IMG/VR virus record: IMGVR_UViG_3300021139_001840
Span: 1-64,000 of that record
Length of the DNA: 64,000 bases
From: a virus
Direction: 5' to 3' (one strand)
The first letter of the stretch is position 1, and every line of letters begins with the position of its first letter. The notes below the pieces were generated by a model that did no database searches, was not told where the DNA came from, and saw nothing but the letters and a program-made list of their open reading frames with translations. Of the stretch, positions 58,798 to 64,000 are shown piece after piece. The translations under genes and the position numbers were made by a program.

Positions 58798-58875
58798 ATG
58801 AATCCAAACGAGTATCCGGTATACCCAGAAGATGATGGGTATGACACTCCAAAAAATCCATTTTCTCCAGTTTAG
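58798..58875 (+). CDS. 25-aa Pro/acidic micropeptide
   Basis: MNPNEYPVYPEDDGYDTPKNPFSPV exactly fills the gap between the upstream stop and the next promoter. Confidence 0.45.
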   Translation: MNPNEYPVYPEDDGYDTPKNPFSPV

Positions 58876-58909
58876 TTGACTAGTCAAGATAAATATGCTA
58901 TCATAGCAT

Positions 58910-60274
58910 ATGACACTTAAATCTACTAAACGAATTGGTATACTGGTTGCCCGCACTAACTTTGTTTATCGCGGGGTAGGTGCTTATGCTAAAAGTATTA
59001 TTGATTGGGCATTAAGTTTAGGATACCACGTTGATGTCATTTCTGATGCTCCTGTAAGACGTGATGGTTTATTTGATCAATATGAATTACGGGTTCAGTG
59101 GATTAGTCCTCCTACTACCATAGATGATAATGTTTACAAAGAACTGGCTTCTTTTTCAAAACCATTTGATACCACACTGAGCATTAATTTTCGTAACGCA
59201 TTAGTTTACGCATTGCGTCATCATACTTACGATATGATAATTACAAATACTGGCGAAGCATTGGATGCTGTAACTGGTATTGGTGTACACAAATATTGCA
59301 CAGTACTACATCCTACGCATCATGAATCCGAAGCTGGAGTTAAAGTTAAACATGACATTTTTGCTCCTGGTGTAACCGATCGTTATCGCGCTTTATGTAA
59401 CTTACCCGATGTACTACTGGCTTGCCAAAGTGATTGGATACAAGAAAATGCTCAAACACAATATCCTGACAAAGTGACTGAATGTTTAGTTGTGCCTCCA
59501 TTAGTTCCAGAAAAAGAATTACTTGATTTTAGCACATTGCCAACAGAACGTTGGGGAGTAGGATTTGTTGGCCCTTGGGAACCACGTAAAAATCCCGAAG
59601 CATATATTGCCGCACTTAAAGCCTCGGGATTACCTGGCGTAGTACTGGTGCCATCAGAAACATCTGCTAAGAAATTTAAGGAACGTTTTAAACAAGAAGG
59701 TATTGAGTATAAAATTCACGTGGGTGTCACTGGCGCGGAAAAAACAAGAATTATACAAAGTTTGGCGGCTGCATATCATCCAGCAGTTAGTGAAACTTTT
59801 GGATTAGGAGCATTAGAAACTGCTCACAGTTGCCCTACTGTATTACTATCTAAACATGATTGGAGCTACGCACATAAAGACTATGCTGTTATAGTGGAAG
59901 AAAGTGAAGCCGCTGATGTACTTAAATCAGTATATGGAGCAGGAGTTATCAAAGAAGTACAAGACATATTAACAGCACGTCATAAAACTATTAGTGAGCA
60001 ATTAGTCAAATTGGCTACCCGAAAAAAAATCACAACCGTTCACAAAAATAACTTTCACACAGAATTGGGAACCGTGGGTTTAATAAATCATAAAGAATTT
60101 ACTGATACTCATAATTCTTTTTGTACAGATGAAATATATAAAATGTTACGACTACCGGCGGTAGAAGCTGTAGAAGTGTTACATAGTTATAACGAAACAT
60201 ATTATAGAAATCGAGGAAGTAACTTGTTGCCGGAGGAAAAATCAGATCCTAGCAGTTTGTTTACTTTCGAATAG
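58910..60274 (+). CDS. GT-B fold glycosyltransferase
   Basis: RGVGAY, FVGPWEPRKNP, HPAVSETFGLGALE; TTGACT-17-TATCAT promoter 58876-58904. Confidence 0.8.
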   Translation: MTLKSTKRIGILVARTNFVYRGVGAYAKSIIDWALSLGYHVDVISDAPVRRDGLFDQYELRVQWISPPTTIDDNVYKELASFSKPFDTTLSINFRNALVYALRHHTYDMIITNTGEALDAVTGIGVHKYCTVLHPTHHESEAGVKVKHDIFAPGVTDRYRALCNLPDVLLACQSDWIQENAQTQYPDKVTECLVVPPLVPEKELLDFSTLPTERWGVGFVGPWEPRKNPEAYIAALKASGLPGVVLVPSETSAKKFKERFKQEGIEYKIHVGVTGAEKTRIIQSLAAAYHPAVSETFGLGALETAHSCPTVLLSKHDWSYAHKDYAVIVEESEAADVLKSVYGAGVIKEVQDILTARHKTISEQLVKLATRKKITTVHKNNFHTELGTVGLINHKEFTDTHNSFCTDEIYKMLRLPAVEAVEVLHSYNETYYRNRGSNLLPEEKSDPSSLFTFE

Positions 60275-60277
60275 AAT

Positions 60278-60364
60278 GGCCTTAGGACCGGTAATTCGTT
60301 ACCGTAGGCTGGGCGGCTACTGCCTTGAGTAATCCGATTCGCTACCGGAACCTCTAAAAGTAGC
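60278..60364 (+). ncRNA. Candidate structured RNA
   Basis: GC-rich island; UUCG hairpin within an outer stem; further stems; GCUAC/GUAGC pairing. Confidence 0.55.
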
Positions 60365-60427
60365 ATTACCAATTTACTACAATTTAATTAATTAATCGTG
60401 TATAATACTACATCAAAGGAGATTTAA

Positions 60428-60688
60428 ATGTCAGACAGAATTTTTACCGCAGAACAAACTAATAAACTTACTCAAGTCATTAATGAAGGCATGCAGGTTA
60501 TGCAAGAAATTGAAACACTGACTGGCGGATTAAGTGACACTGTCAAAGCAGTTGCTGAAGAATTGGAAATCAAACCCAACATTCTCAAAAAAGCCATTCG
60601 CTTGGCACATAAATCTGAATTTGGTCGTGAACAAGATGACCATGCTTTACTTGAACAAATTCTCACACAAGTTGGTAAGACACTATAA
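60428..60688 (+). CDS. T4 DsbA/GapR-like dsDNA-binding protein
   Basis: AAGGAG SD; LSDTVKAVAEELEIKPNILKKAIRLAHK. Confidence 0.65.
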   Translation: MSDRIFTAEQTNKLTQVINEGMQVMQEIETLTGGLSDTVKAVAEELEIKPNILKKAIRLAHKSEFGREQDDHALLEQILTQVGKTL

Positions 60689-60706
60689 ATATTATAGTTA
60701 GAAGTA

Positions 60707-60760
60707 AGAGTCGTTCACTTAAAGAACATGAGACACGGCTTACCGGCCATAAACGGAGAA
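60707..60760 (+). promoter_or_regulatory. Structured leader of the DNA polymerase gene
   Basis: GUUC/GAAC hairpin, then GGC-UUACCG-GCC with loop CCG complementary to CGG overlapping the SD. Confidence 0.5.
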
Positions 60761-60764
60761 TAAT

Positions 60765-63422
60765 TTGAGTTATGTAGATTGTCTATACGATCGCGAACAT
60801 GATCGTATCCATGTTGTAGAACGTGTCAACGGCGAACGTGTTTACAAAGAATATCCAGCTGATTATATCTTTTACTACAACGATCCGCGTGGTAAATTTA
60901 CTTCAATATATGGCACTCCTGTTGCTCGTTTTTCCAGTCGCAACGCCAAAGAGTTTCGAAAAGAAGTTGCTATCCAACGTGGCAAACAACTTTATGAATC
61001 GGATATCAATCCTATATTCCGTTGTTTAGAAGAAAACTATAAAGGCAAAGATGCTCCTGAGCTTCAAACAGCGTTTTTTGACATTGAAGTAGACTTCCAC
61101 AAAGACAAAGGATTTTCTCCTACCACTGATCCGTTCAACGCCATTACTGCCATTTCAGTTTACCTACAATGGATGAATCAACTGGTTACTTTAGTTGTTC
61201 CGCCCGCACATATGAGTTTGGCAACAGCGCAGGAAGTTGCCGCTGACTTTGAAAATTGTATTGTGTTCGAGCATGAAGCTGATATGCTTAAAACATTCCT
61301 TGACTTAATTGAAGATGCTGATGTTATATCCGGCTGGAATAGTGAAGGATATGACGTGCCATATACTATCAATCGTATTACTAGAATACTAAGCAAAGAC
61401 GACACCCGTAGATTTTGTTTATGGGGCCAATACCCTAAACAACGAGAATTCGAACGCTTTGGCGCCACTAGTACAACTTATGATATTGTTGGTCGTGTAC
61501 ACATGGACTACATGCAATTATATCGCAAATACACATACGAAGAGCGACATAGTTACAGTTTAGATGCTATTGGTGAATATGAATTAAGTGAAAGTAAAAC
61601 AGCATACGAAGGTACGCTAGATCAATTATATAATCAAAATTTTAAAAAGTTTATTGAATATAATAGACAAGATACATTGTTACTTGACAAGTTAGATAAA
61701 AAGTTGCGGTTTATCGAATTAGCAAATGAATTAGCTCACGCCAATACTGTATTACTTCCAACTACAATGGGAGCGGTGGCTGTAACTGAGCAAGCTATTA
61801 TTAACGAAGCACATGAACGTGGGCTTGTTGTGCCAAATCGTAAACAAAGATTAACTGATGATGAAACTGCGGCTGCTGGTGCCTATGTTGCGTATCCCAA
61901 AAAAGGAACACATGAATGGGTAGGTGCTGTAGACATTAACTCTCTATATCCAAGTGCTATCCGCGCACTAAACATGGGAATGGAAACAGTAGTTGGGCAA
62001 CTAAGACCTGTAATGACTGAACGTTATATCGACGAATTAGTATCTAAAGGAAAAACATTTGCCGCGGCTTGGGAAGGTGTATTTGCCAGTTTGGAATATA
62101 CAGCAATCATGGAACAACAGCGTGGCACTGAAATTACTATTGACTGGCAGGACGGGGAACATTCAGTACATTCTGCTTCTGAAATATGGGAAATGATTTT
62201 TAATAGTAATCAACCTTGGATGTTAACAGCCAATGGCACTATCGTTACTTACGAAAAGAAAGGTGTCGTTCCTGGATTATTAGAGCGTTGGTATGCCGAA
62301 CGAAAAGAAATGCAAGAAAAGAAAAAAGAAGCTACCGATCCTAAAGAAATTGCATTTTGGGATAAACGACAACTTGTAAAAAAGATTAACTTGAATAGCC
62401 TATACGGGGCAATTCTTAATCCGCATTGTAGATTTGCGGACAAACGTATTGGACAATCAACCACATTATCTGGACGCAGTATTGCTCGGCATATGGCAGG
62501 TTATATCAACGAATGTATTACCGGCAAGTTTGATCATTTGGGTGATGCTATTGTATATGGCGATACAGACTCGTGTTATTTTAGTGCCTGGCCCGTTCTC
62601 AAAAAAGAAGTTGCGGCAGGCAATATGGAATGGAGCAAAGAAATTTGTATTCAATTATATGATTCAATTGCTGAACAAGTAAATTTATCGTTTCCAGCAT
62701 TTATGGAACAAGCGTTCCACTGCCCTAGAGAAGCTGGTGAATTAATCAAAGCCGGTAGAGAATTAATAGCATCTAACAGTTTGTTCATTACTAAAAAACG
62801 TTATGCTGTATTAATTTATGATTTAGAAAATAAACGTCTTGACATTAATGGGTCACATGGCAAAATTAAAGCTATGGGCTTAGATTTAAAACGAAGCGAT
62901 ACACCAAAAGTTATTCAAGAATTTTTGTATGAAATTTTAGAAAAAGTATTGACAGGTACTACGAGAGATGAAATCGTAGACCGTATTCGAGAATTTAAAT
63001 ATGCGTTTGCTGAGCGTCCAGCCTGGGAAAAAGGAACTCCTAAACGTGTCAACAATTTAACCAAATATGGAAAAGCCGAAGAAGCTGAAGGCAAAGCAAA
63101 TATGCCAGGGCATGTTCGAGCAGCATTGAACTGGAACAATATGCGTCGCATGAACAGCGACAATTATTCTATTGCGGTAGTTGACGGAATGAAAACCATT
63201 GTGTGTAAATTAAAACCCAATCCCATGGGATGGACTAGTATTGGATACCCAACTGACGAACAACGATTACCGGATTGGTTTAAAGAATTACCCTTTGACG
63301 ATGGATTAATGGAAGCTACTATTGTAGATCAAAAAATTGACAATTTATTAAGTGTATTAAACTGGGATTTAGCAAGTGCTACTAACACAGAAAATACATT
63401 CCAAACATTATTCGAGTTCTAA
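60765..63422 (+). CDS. polB: Family B DNA polymerase
   Basis: FDIE, GWNSEGYD, DINSLYPS, KINLNSLYG, YGDTDS, KKRY; TTG start with GGAG SD. Confidence 0.97.
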   Translation: MSYVDCLYDREHDRIHVVERVNGERVYKEYPADYIFYYNDPRGKFTSIYGTPVARFSSRNAKEFRKEVAIQRGKQLYESDINPIFRCLEENYKGKDAPELQTAFFDIEVDFHKDKGFSPTTDPFNAITAISVYLQWMNQLVTLVVPPAHMSLATAQEVAADFENCIVFEHEADMLKTFLDLIEDADVISGWNSEGYDVPYTINRITRILSKDDTRRFCLWGQYPKQREFERFGATSTTYDIVGRVHMDYMQLYRKYTYEERHSYSLDAIGEYELSESKTAYEGTLDQLYNQNFKKFIEYNRQDTLLLDKLDKKLRFIELANELAHANTVLLPTTMGAVAVTEQAIINEAHERGLVVPNRKQRLTDDETAAAGAYVAYPKKGTHEWVGAVDINSLYPSAIRALNMGMETVVGQLRPVMTERYIDELVSKGKTFAAAWEGVFASLEYTAIMEQQRGTEITIDWQDGEHSVHSASEIWEMIFNSNQPWMLTANGTIVTYEKKGVVPGLLERWYAERKEMQEKKKEATDPKEIAFWDKRQLVKKINLNSLYGAILNPHCRFADKRIGQSTTLSGRSIARHMAGYINECITGKFDHLGDAIVYGDTDSCYFSAWPVLKKEVAAGNMEWSKEICIQLYDSIAEQVNLSFPAFMEQAFHCPREAGELIKAGRELIASNSLFITKKRYAVLIYDLENKRLDINGSHGKIKAMGLDLKRSDTPKVIQEFLYEILEKVLTGTTRDEIVDRIREFKYAFAERPAWEKGTPKRVNNLTKYGKAEEAEGKANMPGHVRAALNWNNMRRMNSDNYSIAVVDGMKTIVCKLKPNPMGWTSIGYPTDEQRLPDWFKELPFDDGLMEATIVDQKIDNLLSVLNWDLASATNTENTFQTLFEF

Positions 63423-64000
63423 ATGCCTTTAAGCGATATTGTACTTGTAAAAACACAATTAGATAAATTATCGGCTATTCCAATTCAAAAAGTAGCTGTT
63501 CATTCATTAAATGAAATTACACAATTATCCAACAGACTGAATGATACAAAACAAACCATAGAACAAGCATTTGATAATTTTGAACATGAGCTTGACCAAG
63601 TTAAATTAGGAATAAAAAAAGACATAGAAGAAAGTGAAAAACACTGGTTTCAAGAAAGTTATAAATCTTATAAAGAAGTAATTGAATGGGAGTTATCTGA
63701 AGATCCTGATACTATATTTAAAATTAGAAAAGGGTATGTTGAGGATATGGAATTGTTGCGTAGTAGATTACGATTATACGTAGATTGGAAATATGCCGCT
63801 ATCGTTATTCATCCAGGACAAGAAGAATTTATAGAAGATATGGTAGGATTTGATCCATTATACATAATAGACGTAAAACACGATTTACTGTTATCAGCAT
63901 TAGGAAAATTCCCTGAACAATATCAAAATCGATTACGCTCTTATACCATTACTGAAAATTTTGATAAAGATATTTTAGATAAGATACCCGATAGTCAATT
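63423..64000 (+). CDS. Hypothetical protein, partial (runs off the right edge)
   Basis: ATG directly after the pol stop; MPLSDIVLVKTQLDKL... Confidence 0.65.
   Translation, partial: MPLSDIVLVKTQLDKLSAIPIQKVAVHSLNEITQLSNRLNDTKQTIEQAFDNFEHELDQVKLGIKKDIEESEKHWFQESYKSYKEVIEWELSEDPDTIFKIRKGYVEDMELLRSRLRLYVDWKYAAIVIHPGQEEFIEDMVGFDPLYIIDVKHDLLLSALGKFPEQYQNRLRSYTITENFDKDILDKIPDSQ

Noticed and set aside
60311-60364. Twister ribozyme (CCGGA...UAAAAGU resemblance)
   Set aside because: No P1/UAA cleavage strand or matching pseudoknot partners found; kept as an unknown RNA.
60765-63422. Intein or intron in polB, or introns around the endonuclease genes
   Set aside because: PolB motifs are contiguous in 885 aa, and the genes flanking each endonuclease are complete.
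1-64000. CRISPR array or tRNA genes
   Set aside because: No repeat-spacer series and no cloverleaf with a TTCGA T-loop seen by eye. tRNAscan-SE would be needed to exclude atypical tRNAs.
1-64000. Stop-codon reassignment
   Set aside because: Conserved genes are intact in code 11; TAG (infA) and TGA (sod, ATGA overlaps) end genes at expected lengths.

Overview
AT-rich, gene-dense 64-kb segment of a large tailed dsDNA phage, probably a jumbo myovirus with distantly T4-like gene content. The host is probably Gram-negative, inferred from spanin-like lipoproteins, sigma70 promoters and ClpA/ErpA/IF1 homologues. Standard genetic code. All calls are from motif recognition by eye, not database searches. 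Layout: modular tail-fibre genes (1-6.5 kb, minus strand); small early genes under TTGACA-17-TATAAT promoters (7-13.5 and 17-21 kb); redox genes (rubrerythrin, rubredoxin, SOD, ErpA/IscA, Dps); a PlcP-like phosphoesterase plus two glycosyltransferases; SleB hydrolase; IF1; four free-standing homing endonucleases; baseplate/fibre genes (25.5-33 kb); GroES, clamp loader, HAD nucleotidase, PhoH; a lysis cassette; DnaJ and ClpA; a late cluster of multi-domain enzyme-bearing proteins (47-58 kb); and a family B DNA polymerase. Most notable: (1) late proteins that begin with T4 capsid-targeting-like N-termini and whose domains are joined at [ILVM]-x-E sites, suggesting head-packaged, protease-processed effector polyproteins; (2) a plcP/agt-like membrane-lipid remodelling operon; (3) a covarying RNA leader shared by two different GIY-YIG genes; (4) IF1 starting at AUU in a genome rich in apparently leaderless genes; (5) several unannotated structured RNAs. 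No tRNA or CRISPR array was seen.
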